In this document: piece by piece, positions 55,258 to 64,000 of the stretch
Position numbering within the stretch: position 1 is the stretch's first letter
Layout of the letters: every line of letters starts with the position of its first letter
DNA from: a virus
Strand: one strand, 5' to 3'
IMG/VR virus record: IMGVR_UViG_3300021599_000885
DNA: 64,000 bases
Position numbers and translations under genes: made by a program
The notes under the pieces: model-generated
Told to the model about the DNA's origin: nothing
Databases searched by the model: none
Seen by the model: only the letters and a program-made list of their open reading frames with translations

Positions 55258-58200
55258 TTATGCTAGGGCAATAGTTCTAAGATCCTTGAATCTCGGTGCT
55301 TTTGCTTCATTTGTTCCGTTCATAACAATCTTAATTCTAAATGCATTGAATTGCTCAAGTTCATCAGCACTAAACTGATACTCAAGAAACTCTCCATCAT
55401 TACTTGCGCGTACAAATGCGTCCGCTCTACCACTATTTAATGTAGAATCTATGACAGCATCACCATATCCATCGCCATCAGTATCTTTAAGGTTATCGTA
55501 ACCTGGGAACAATTCATATGCTTGTTCAACTCCATTAGAGTCTGCTCTAAAGAGTTGGTAAAGAACTCTAAAGTCAGCTGAAGAATGGCGATAAGCAGAA
55601 ACAAGAACTTTGAGTGATGTTGCTGGTTGCTTAAGTCTAACTATGCTTGTGGCGTAAATAGCACTATGTGGATCTTCTTGAACTAAATTAACTCTACCAT
55701 CAAAAGCATAGTCGCTGATTGGATTATTCAGTCTATTTCTACCAAATACAATAGATGCTGTAGAAACATTAACAGCAGGAGACAGGTTTGGATCTGCCGT
55801 ATTCATTGTTAGACCAAGTGTAAATGACTTGTTCTTTGGTAATGATGAGAGTCTTGTAGTCTCATTAATTTGGGATGCTACAAGTCTTGTAGTCGTTAAT
55901 TCATTTACATTGTTTAGTTCAATAGTCTCATAACCCTGATCAATGAATGATGCTTCAGAACCTCCAGCACTTGTACCAGAAACTGTTCTAATTTGGGCAG
56001 ACAATGAAGTAGTCTCTCCAGGTGTCAGAACACTGAATTGTGGATCAATTCTATTAAATTGAACATTCTTAGTTGCTGAGGCACCCTTACCACCGATAAT
56101 ATTTTCATCGGTGAAACTCAACTGACTGTCTCCAGAAGTTCTTGATCCGCGATCAATTTGTAAGTGATAAGTATCAAAGTCTCTTTCAGACTTGAGAGCG
56201 GTATCGGTTGGTAGATTATGTTGGGTATTGATTCTAGTTAGAGAAATACCATTCAACTCATAAGCATAGACCTTATCACCAATGGAGTGCTTTCTCGTGA
56301 GTGAACCGTCAACACCTCTAGTTCCAATACCAAGTGTACCAGCACCTCCACTACCTGCGGTAATAGCATTATAGAAGATGATCTCATTATTTACTTTCAA
56401 GTAACCTTGAGAAGTTGAGATACCTTCGAATGTTGCAAATAGTGAGGTATTAGCAACTGAAATAGTAGTATCACTAATTGCAAGTTCAGCGTTAAGAGTT
56501 GTTGGAATAGTGTCTGGTGCTAGATCAGCAAGAACAACTATGTTGTTATCGGCGTGCATTCCATGATTTGGTTGAGTAACTTCAATAACTCTTCCATCAT
56601 AAAGATTACTGATAACAGCAGAGTCACGAATATCTGTGTTAGCATAAGCAACGGCAGTACTTGGATTACTATAGACAACCAAGTCTTGTCCAGCAGTAAA
56701 CTCTTCACCCTGAACATTTGTTAGATATAGTGTATCTTTTCCACTCAGGGTAGCTACAGAAATCTGGGCATTTTTGCCTTTCACAACACTTGAAGTAGTA
56801 ATGCCTAGGATATCTCCAACAACATATCCATTTCCAGCAAGAGTGATTGTTGGCGTTCCAGATACAGATCCAGCAGAGAAAGTAATAGATGCAGTAGCAC
56901 CACTACCATTTCCAGTTATGGAGTAAAGTGGTACATTTGTAAATGTACCATTGCTGTATCCAGCACCAACTCTATTTACAGAAACTGTATTGAGGTTTCC
57001 ACCAACTTGCTCAATATACCCACTGATAGCAGAGGCAGTTGTACTATCACTTACCTTCTTACCGATAGTAAGAATACTATTCATAGAAGTGGTAGTTGTA
57101 ATACCAACCTTCAGTTTTCTTGGTAAAGTCTTAATAGAATTCTCATTAAGTTGTCCAACGTTTGTGTCTCTGGTTCCCAGTGATGGATTATAGAAATAAG
57201 CTACGCCAGGAGTTGTGGTGAAGTTTGCTTTATAAAGTTTGAACTTAAGATCTTCAAACTGGTTAGCAGTCCAGATAGTACCGTTTTGAGACTTGAAGAG
57301 GCTTCCTCCAACATATTGCTTGGTAGCAATGACGCTCTCGGCATCTGGTAGAGTTGAAGTATTAACAGTCTTCTCACCCATTCTAGCAATCCATACTTCA
57401 TACAAATCTGAGTATGGTGAAAGAAGAACAAGAGCATACTCTGTGTCTGCTTCAAGATAAACTGGAGATGGGAACTTAATGTTAGTTGCTACTGAAGCAT
57501 CTCTTGATGTCTGAATCTGAGATGGATCAATAGTAACTCTTGAGTATTCTGTTACAAGATTTTTAGTAGGAATACCAAGTTCAACAGTTCTTAGTTCAAC
57601 AAACAGTTTTTCACTATCATCTTTATTGGCGAAGAATACATCCACACCAGTCATAAATGCACCAGTTTCATCAACGGTGAATGACTGCGCTAGTGGATCA
57701 TATCTTTCAACTTCTGTAATTCTTTCAAAGATATCGATTCTTCCTGTAGTTGTATAATTTGTTTCAGCACTACTAATAAGTGTGCTTCCTGGTAGTTGTG
57801 CTTCATTAGTAGCACTTGAAGTTAGTCTAAAGGTCTTAGTTCCAGTTGTGAATCTTAGTGGAGGTGGTGGTGATGCTAGTGGATTTCTAAAGAACATAGA
57901 ACCATAGATATCACCAAATGTATCTGCTACTAGTCTGATATTAGCAACAGATGCTTGAGCACCGCTAGTTTCTCCGAGAAGAACCATCCCAGTGGTGATA
58001 TAACCATTATACTTACCAAGAACCTCTTCTTGTAACGCTTCAACATCGATGTTTAGAACTGTTGATGATGCTGAGTATGATACTGGGAGTGTAATTGATT
58101 TGTTATATGGATTCAGACTAAAGGTTGATGATGGATTTCCACCAGGACCGGTCTTATGATTTGGTTGAACAACACGGCAAGTAAATAGATTTGTTCCTCC

Positions 58201-61200
58201 ATCATAACCTCTTACGGTTTCACCAACTTGGAATACACCAGAGGTCATACTAATTTCGATAAGTTTTGGAACAATATCGAGACCACTAGTGCTATCAAAG
58301 AAGTGATAATGTCTTGCTAATGGTCTTAATCCAATAGCTCTGAATAGAACATTCCTGGAGCGAATATGTGGATCTGGTGTAGAAGAAGCAAGAACAGTTC
58401 TTGAACCAACAACTCTTGTAGCACCTCCAGAACCACCAACTGTTCTAGTTCCACCATCCCTAACAATTGTTCTAGTCCAACTATCTGTTTTTGGACTTAG
58501 TTCGATGGAACCATTAAATTCAATAACGTTAAATGGGTTTACGTTCTCAACTCTAGTTGCTAAAGGTTGCTCAATCCAAGACTTTTCGGTATATTTAAGA
58601 GTAATCAGATCACCCGTCTTTTGAACATTTGAATCAAGAAGACTTAGATTTTCGCTGAAGTTAGCCGTCTCTAAGTTAATGGATGGATCAAGAGATGGTT
58701 GTGGTGATAGTGAGTGGAAGTCAATAGGAGTGATCAACTCATTATCGGATGTATCAATATCGGCAGTTGTTTGTGCTTTATCTAATCTCTGATTATCTTT
58801 GAAGTCATCTACAAAGAATCCAGACTTGAATCTGTCTAAACCATCAACGTCTCTGATTTGTAAGGTCTTGGTGCTGAGTTCTAGTAGTGAAAGTGAAGTT
58901 ACAGTTTCGAGATTCTCCACTCTATCTTCAATCTTTCCAATGTCTCTCATTGTATATCTTCTATTATCAACAACAGTAACTACTGCATCACTGGTGTTGT
59001 AGAGATATGCTGGTAGAGAAATTGTTCCGATCTCCATAGCATCATCACTGTTTGATGGTGCCTTTGGATTTTCTGCCGATGCACCTTTAATTACAGTGAA
59101 AGCACCTTCTTTGTTTAGAACTACCTTATCAATTCTTGGTAGATAGAAGTCGTATCCAACGAGTGAACTTTCATTTGGAGCAACAACTAACGTTGGATTG
59201 ATTCCAGCAGTTGCGAATGTTCTGCTAGCAAAATCAAATGGAGATGCAGTAGATGAAGTAAACTGAGCAACTCTTGGTCTAAAGTCAAGAGTATCTGTTG
59301 CTCTTCTTCCATCACTCATCAACGGAATGTCTGTCTTATATCTTTCAGCAGTATATGAGTTTACTGTGTAAAGATTTCCAGCATCGTTGGTTGGAATGGA
59401 GTAATGATTGAAGATAATCAACAATCTGTGTGAAGGGATATAGTTGTCCCTACCTCTTACAATCCTAGCATAGTCGTAGAACTGATCCCTTACACCCTTA
59501 TCAAGGGTATACTTGCTAGTAATATCTTGGTAGTTACCTTCATTTACTGCCTGAACGGTTGATATAATGTTTGATTCACCAAAAGTAGCAACTTCGCCAA
59601 CTACAAACTTATTCGAATTCAGATAGACAATCTCAACCTTAGTTGCAGAAGATCTTGTTACAACTTGAGCAATGGCTCCGCTAGTTGATCCAACAACTCT
59701 TTCCCCAAGAATAGAGTTTGCATCCAAAGATAATCCTGAAGGGAATTCAATGGAATCTAGAGTTGGAGCAGACGTATCATATGATTCATATATTGCTAAA
59801 ACTTCTACAACATCTGGGAAGTTTAGAGATATTTCCTTATCTTGAACTCTTGTTCCATAATAAGCACTTTCTGTAAGACCACTAATAGCAGTGGATACAC
59901 CAGAAACACTATTAATAACACTGACCTTTTCGCTTCTAGTGAAGTTTTTTGTCTTGCTTGTGATAGAGTTCTTCTTAACAGTTGTATTAACTGTGACGTT
60001 TCCAGACTGAGAAGGAGTTAATCCTGTAAATGTAATAGTCTGACCATTTGAACCAAGAGTAACTTGGTCGGATGATAGGTCTTCAATAGTTCCATTAGAA
60101 TAGAATACTCCGTATCTTTCCGCATCAAATGTCTCAAAGAAAGCACTGCTAATACCAGTAGATGAAACGTTTATAGTTAAAGATCCAGTAGAACTGGTGG
60201 TTTGTTGTTTGAGTTGACTCGAAACTAAAAGGTTAGATCCGGCAAGACTTACTGAAGCAATGTTCTCTTGTTCGAGTGGAGCAAAAAGACCACCATTATC
60301 TTCTACTAGTGGAGCTCCAAGAGAAAATGTAACATCAGTATTGCTACCTGGTAGAGAACCATTACATACACCACTAACGCTTTCTACGGCAGCAACGGTC
60401 ATACTATTATCATTATTTACACTGACGACTCTATTGAAAGTTTCATCAGCAACACCAGGTATCTGATACCTGATGATAGTATCACTCTTAATTCCAACAA
60501 AGTTCTTTCCTGGACAAGTTACGTTACCACCACTAGTAATTCTGATGGTGTCGGCAATACCAAAGTTCTTAGCAAGTTTTCTTTGAAGAACTGAGTCGGC
60601 AATAAAGTCCAGACTCATATCAGAATCAATAGAATCTGAGTTTTGGTAGATTGATTTAACATCTTCAATACCAAAAGTCTGAATAGTCTTAATCGATCTT
60701 GAAACTTCTTTAGTTTCATTAATCAGAATTTGTTCACCTTCAATAAAGGTTCCAGATGTTTGGATGAGATTAAGAGTGGCGCTACCACCAGGTGCCGTCT
60801 CAACATAACCAGAAGCGCCACTACTTACACCTCTAATATAGGAACTAGCAGGGACCTCTGCAGTGGTTACAGACTGGTTTAGAGTGATCTTTGTGTATGT
60901 TTGAATATCAAACAGATACAGATCCCAGTCAGAAGTATCATCTGAATATGCTGCGTCCGTTAAACTAAACGAATATACTCTTGCCTTACCAATTTCAGTT
61001 CCAGTTGCTGCTGTGCTAGAAGAACCTCTTCTTTGGTTTTGTAACCTAACAATGTTATCATTGTTATTAATACCGAGAATAGGTGTTCCCTGAACATTAT
61101 TAACTCTTATTAGTGTTCCAAATTCAAATGGAACAAGTGCCGATGAAATACTCTTCTTATCTCTTGGCTTTTCTACATCAATATTAGTTGTTGAAATAGT

Positions 61201-62301
61201 CTCAATATCATATCCCTTAACGTAGGCTCTTCCTGGAGATACCTTTACGGTCATCAAATCTTCTGACGGAGTATTTCCCTGATCGGTACTTTGACCTTCA
61301 GTATAGACGCCACCATTAGATAATCCATTATTTAATGATTCATTTACTTCTACACTAAATTCGTCTACAGCATAATCACCAGACTCTTCAAAAGTTCTCT
61401 TAGCAAAGTAATCTCTAATCAGATTATAACTTGACTTGTTTTGTAATTTTTTGATCTGACCATTTTCAATTCTGATCAACTCTACAAAAGTTTTATCGTC
61501 AAAGTCTGTTAGGAGCTTCTTGGATAATGTTAGAGAAATTTTCAGTCTATCGGCACCTGGTGCTGCATAGTTTGAATATCCTTTAGCATTATCATAAAGA
61601 GAAGAATCATCTTTAGCTGTTACAATCTCTTCTAAGATAGTTAGACCAACTCTATAAGATGAATCTGCTCTATATGCATCAAGAACAATTTTATCCTGTG
61701 ATACATCTACAAAAGTTCCTCTAATAAAATAAACACCGTTAGCAATACCAACAGCAGTTCCAACTGATGTAGCATCTTCATCAATCAGAGACGCAACAGT
61801 TTCGCCTGCATTTACTGTGGTGTTACCGTAAGTAAATCCTGTTTCTGTAATCAGGACTTCACCATCAGTGAAAGGAACTACTTCACCAGCATTATCTGCA
61901 TTGAGATATCTTACAAATAATGTGAGATTAGTGATTCCTTCTGATTCGGAAATATCGAGCCACTTATCAACTGTAGCAACAACACCAGAGGTTTGTCCTC
62001 TAAGTTTCTTTCCTACTAAGTTAGTAGCATAGATGTTAACATCAATACCCAAATGATCGGCATTGAGTTTTACCGAGTTGTAATTAGCATCAAAGGTTAC
62101 CCCACCAGGGATAACCATTGAACCTTCCTTGAAGACGTGACTTCCAAACGACTCTATCTGATTTTGTAAGATAGACTGGAGAGTTGTTAGCTCTCTCGCC
62201 TGGATTGGATATCCTGGTTTGAATAAAACCCTATAGAAGTTATCTTCCTTATCAAAATCATCGTAATAAGGGTTTATATTGAGATTCGTTTTCTGTGGCA
62301 T
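55258..62301 (-). CDS. Large virion structural protein (VrlC/DUF4815-like)
   Basis: NLNINPYYDDF...VLFKPGYPIQARELTTLQS, APGADRLKI, YTMRDIGKIEDRVENLE, DPLAQSF. Confidence 0.85.
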   Translation of the reverse strand: MPQKTNLNINPYYDDFDKEDNFYRVLFKPGYPIQARELTTLQSILQNQIESFGSHVFKEGSMVIPGGVTFDANYNSVKLNADHLGIDVNIYATNLVGKKLRGQTSGVVATVDKWLDISESEGITNLTLFVRYLNADNAGEVVPFTDGEVLITETGFTYGNTTVNAGETVASLIDEDATSVGTAVGIANGVYFIRGTFVDVSQDKIVLDAYRADSSYRVGLTILEEIVTAKDDSSLYDNAKGYSNYAAPGADRLKISLTLSKKLLTDFDDKTFVELIRIENGQIKKLQNKSSYNLIRDYFAKRTFEESGDYAVDEFSVEVNESLNNGLSNGGVYTEGQSTDQGNTPSEDLMTVKVSPGRAYVKGYDIETISTTNIDVEKPRDKKSISSALVPFEFGTLIRVNNVQGTPILGINNNDNIVRLQNQRRGSSSTAATGTEIGKARVYSFSLTDAAYSDDTSDWDLYLFDIQTYTKITLNQSVTTAEVPASSYIRGVSSGASGYVETAPGGSATLNLIQTSGTFIEGEQILINETKEVSRSIKTIQTFGIEDVKSIYQNSDSIDSDMSLDFIADSVLQRKLAKNFGIADTIRITSGGNVTCPGKNFVGIKSDTIIRYQIPGVADETFNRVVSVNNDNSMTVAAVESVSGVCNGSLPGSNTDVTFSLGAPLVEDNGGLFAPLEQENIASVSLAGSNLLVSSQLKQQTTSSTGSLTINVSSTGISSAFFETFDAERYGVFYSNGTIEDLSSDQVTLGSNGQTITFTGLTPSQSGNVTVNTTVKKNSITSKTKNFTRSEKVSVINSVSGVSTAISGLTESAYYGTRVQDKEISLNFPDVVEVLAIYESYDTSAPTLDSIEFPSGLSLDANSILGERVVGSTSGAIAQVVTRSSATKVEIVYLNSNKFVVGEVATFGESNIISTVQAVNEGNYQDITSKYTLDKGVRDQFYDYARIVRGRDNYIPSHRLLIIFNHYSIPTNDAGNLYTVNSYTAERYKTDIPLMSDGRRATDTLDFRPRVAQFTSSTASPFDFASRTFATAGINPTLVVAPNESSLVGYDFYLPRIDKVVLNKEGAFTVIKGASAENPKAPSNSDDAMEIGTISLPAYLYNTSDAVVTVVDNRRYTMRDIGKIEDRVENLETVTSLSLLELSTKTLQIRDVDGLDRFKSGFFVDDFKDNQRLDKAQTTADIDTSDNELITPIDFHSLSPQPSLDPSINLETANFSENLSLLDSNVQKTGDLITLKYTEKSWIEQPLATRVENVNPFNVIEFNGSIELSPKTDSWTRTIVRDGGTRTVGGSGGATRVVGSRTVLASSTPDPHIRSRNVLFRAIGLRPLARHYHFFDSTSGLDIVPKLIEISMTSGVFQVGETVRGYDGGTNLFTCRVVQPNHKTGPGGNPSSTFSLNPYNKSITLPVSYSASSTVLNIDVEALQEEVLGKYNGYITTGMVLLGETSGAQASVANIRLVADTFGDIYGSMFFRNPLASPPPPLRFTTGTKTFRLTSSATNEAQLPGSTLISSAETNYTTTGRIDIFERITEVERYDPLAQSFTVDETGAFMTGVDVFFANKDDSEKLFVELRTVELGIPTKNLVTEYSRVTIDPSQIQTSRDASVATNIKFPSPVYLEADTEYALVLLSPYSDLYEVWIARMGEKTVNTSTLPDAESVIATKQYVGGSLFKSQNGTIWTANQFEDLKFKLYKANFTTTPGVAYFYNPSLGTRDTNVGQLNENSIKTLPRKLKVGITTTTSMNSILTIGKKVSDSTTASAISGYIEQVGGNLNTVSVNRVGAGYSNGTFTNVPLYSITGNGSGATASITFSAGSVSGTPTITLAGNGYVVGDILGITTSSVVKGKNAQISVATLSGKDTLYLTNVQGEEFTAGQDLVVYSNPSTAVAYANTDIRDSAVISNLYDGRVIEVTQPNHGMHADNNIVVLADLAPDTIPTTLNAELAISDTTISVANTSLFATFEGISTSQGYLKVNNEIIFYNAITAGSGGAGTLGIGTRGVDGSLTRKHSIGDKVYAYELNGISLTRINTQHNLPTDTALKSERDFDTYHLQIDRGSRTSGDSQLSFTDENIIGGKGASATKNVQFNRIDPQFSVLTPGETTSLSAQIRTVSGTSAGGSEASFIDQGYETIELNNVNELTTTRLVASQINETTRLSSLPKNKSFTLGLTMNTADPNLSPAVNVSTASIVFGRNRLNNPISDYAFDGRVNLVQEDPHSAIYATSIVRLKQPATSLKVLVSAYRHSSADFRVLYQLFRADSNGVEQAYELFPGYDNLKDTDGDGYGDAVIDSTLNSGRADAFVRASNDGEFLEYQFSADELEQFNAFRIKIVMNGTNEAKAPRFKDLRTIALA

Positions 62302-62304
62302 TTT

Positions 62305-63852
62305 TTAGAATTCCAGGATAATTTTAACGTCTTCTTTTTGTCTAGAATTTCTGGAGATAGCGGGACGATTATCAAGATATACAATATCTCCCGACCCTTT
62401 ATTTATCTCAGGACTGGCAACTCCGTTCGTAAACTGAGTCCCAAGAGAGATAAGTTTTGTTCCAGATGGGTTTGTGCTAATACCAGTAAAACCAGTATCA
62501 ATTGAACCAGAAAAACCAGAAGTTGATGTTACAGCGTTTGCATTTGAAGCAAAATCATATAGTTTAGCATTTGTAGAAACACCGACATAATCTGTAGTAT
62601 CAAAGTATGTCTGATTCAAGAAAGAATTTCTATCTTGGAAATACTTAAGAACCTTTGTCTCCAAATCATACGATGCAACATACCCTTTAGCAGTACCACC
62701 AGTTACCGATTGACTAATCTTGTCTCCAACTGATACAGATCCAGTAGTGGATGTAAACTTAAGTGCTCCTAAGGATGAGAATTGATTTTCAGTGAATAAG
62801 TTAGTAGATCCAATGGAGGTTGGATTCTTTACAATTCCAATCTGAGCAAATGTTACGTCAGTTGGGAAATCTTTTGTTGAATCATCAAATCTAGCATAAA
62901 CAAGAACTTTATCAGCACCAAGTTCTCTGTAGATATCATATCCATGACCCTTTGAAGGTGGAATGATTGGAATCAGTTTAGCCTTGGTTGAAGAGTTTGA
63001 GTTAATAGATCCAAGATCAACCATACCATAGGTGTAATCTTTACCGCCAGAAGAAACAACAGTATTTGTTACTTTTCCGTTAGCATCAACATCTACAATA
63101 ACTTTCGCTCCACTACCATCACCCAAAATATTCAATTCGTGGGATCCTTGTGAATATCCAAGACCCTGAGTGTCGATATAAACTTTCTTTATCTGATTTT
63201 CATTTGTATCAGAATCTCCATTATTTCTTACTGCTGCAATTTGAGCGTTAGTTGAAGATGCCCAATCACTAGGTAAAGAAATATATTCTGTAGAGTCAAA
63301 TTTAATAATATCACTAGGGGAAACACTATACAGATATTTCCAAAGATATCCATCACCACTTACACCAGCTTTGGATGGTTCTAAATCTGTAAAGGTTGGT
63401 TCATCTAAAGAAGCATTCCCTGCAGTATTAATTCCTGAAGATCCATTATCAATACAAATATAAACCTTATACTCACTATTCATTACATAATAATTTGTAT
63501 CATAAAGTCTTGAAGACTTTGTAGTTGGTGAAAGGTTGGTCAAGCTATAATCATGACGATACATTTCATATTTTGTCCCCCTCGTCCAGTCAACTCTTCT
63601 AACAAGTCTTCTCACGTTGGAAGAAGTTACCTTCTTACCAAAAGACATGTTATCACCAACAAAATTCTGATAATCAAAATTATCAGTTGGATTGGGAGTG
63701 TTAGTATCCCAATCCGTTGTTCTACCGTATCCAACTACTGCTGGATTAGAAAGACCTACAAAAACATAATATGAGTTAGAAGAACTGGTGACGGAATCTA
63801 CAAAATTTCCCGCATTTAATATTCTAAACTGATCTGTTACAATTGCCGCCAT
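62305..63852 (-). CDS. gp8: Baseplate wedge subunit gp8
   Basis: MAAIVTDQFRILNA, YYVMNSEYKVYICIDN, DGYLWKYLY, QKEDVKIILEF. Confidence 0.9.
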   Translation of the reverse strand: MAAIVTDQFRILNAGNFVDSVTSSSNSYYVFVGLSNPAVVGYGRTTDWDTNTPNPTDNFDYQNFVGDNMSFGKKVTSSNVRRLVRRVDWTRGTKYEMYRHDYSLTNLSPTTKSSRLYDTNYYVMNSEYKVYICIDNGSSGINTAGNASLDEPTFTDLEPSKAGVSGDGYLWKYLYSVSPSDIIKFDSTEYISLPSDWASSTNAQIAAVRNNGDSDTNENQIKKVYIDTQGLGYSQGSHELNILGDGSGAKVIVDVDANGKVTNTVVSSGGKDYTYGMVDLGSINSNSSTKAKLIPIIPPSKGHGYDIYRELGADKVLVYARFDDSTKDFPTDVTFAQIGIVKNPTSIGSTNLFTENQFSSLGALKFTSTTGSVSVGDKISQSVTGGTAKGYVASYDLETKVLKYFQDRNSFLNQTYFDTTDYVGVSTNAKLYDFASNANAVTSTSGFSGSIDTGFTGISTNPSGTKLISLGTQFTNGVASPEINKGSGDIVYLDNRPAISRNSRQKEDVKIILEF

Positions 63853-63879
63853 CGTAATAGCTTTTTTCTATATTTATAA

Positions 63880-64000
63880 CTATCCTAGATCCTTCCTCAG
63901 TGCTCCACCATCTCTTAAACCATATCCACGTCTTTGAATTGATGGGAATGTTGATAATCCAGAGTCAACTGTTAGACCTGTTACACCAATAGAAACTGGT
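63880..64000 (-). CDS. 3' end of the upstream baseplate gene (probably gp7)
   Basis: Open frame ...PVSIGVTGLTVDSGLSTFPSIQRRGYGLRDGGALRKDLG*; lies directly before gp8. Confidence 0.65.
   Translation of the reverse strand, partial: PVSIGVTGLTVDSGLSTFPSIQRRGYGLRDGGALRKDLG

Noticed and set aside
1-64000. Alternative genetic code or stop-codon reassignment
   Set aside because: Core genes translate full-length in the standard code, TAA, TAG and TGA all serve as stops, and no suppressor tRNA is present.

Overview
64 kb of a T4-like cyanomyovirus genome (Kyanoviridae-like), coded almost entirely on the minus strand. Read in the direction of transcription (high to low coordinates) it contains: the end of baseplate gp7, gp8, a 2347-aa virion protein, tail-fibre-like genes, neck/terminase/tail/head genes (gp13-gp23, gp3), recombination and late-transcription genes (uvsY, uvsW, gp55, gp47, gp46), a CobT-like/CobS-like pair, the replication module (gp45, gp44, gp62, regA, hsp20, gp43, uvsX, gp41), mazG, tRNA-Ala and tRNA-Leu, a cytidylyltransferase-like gene, primase gp61 and the start of nrdA. 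Auxiliary genes include speD, a DenV-like glycosylase, dam, a 2OG-Fe(II) oxygenase and a possible NblA-like protein. Two observations stand out. (1) A set of late ORFs look like capsid-packaged substrates of the prohead protease gp21: T4-like capsid-targeting N-termini, a shared leader domain with variable cargo, and two apparent polyproteins of small basic or Cys-paired modules separated by hydrophobic-x-E sites. (2) Two HNH endonuclease cassettes sit in the very ends of essential genes (gp17 5' end, gp44 3' end), appear to have supplied a replacement terminus, left the displaced terminus visible, and each open with a TATAAATA late promoter. Other candidates are a dam plus PD-(D/E)xK nuclease pair, a fourU-like thermometer before hsp20, a repeated motif-terminator-promoter element and a bidirectional promoter at gp55. 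All product calls come from motif recognition and gene order, not database searches.
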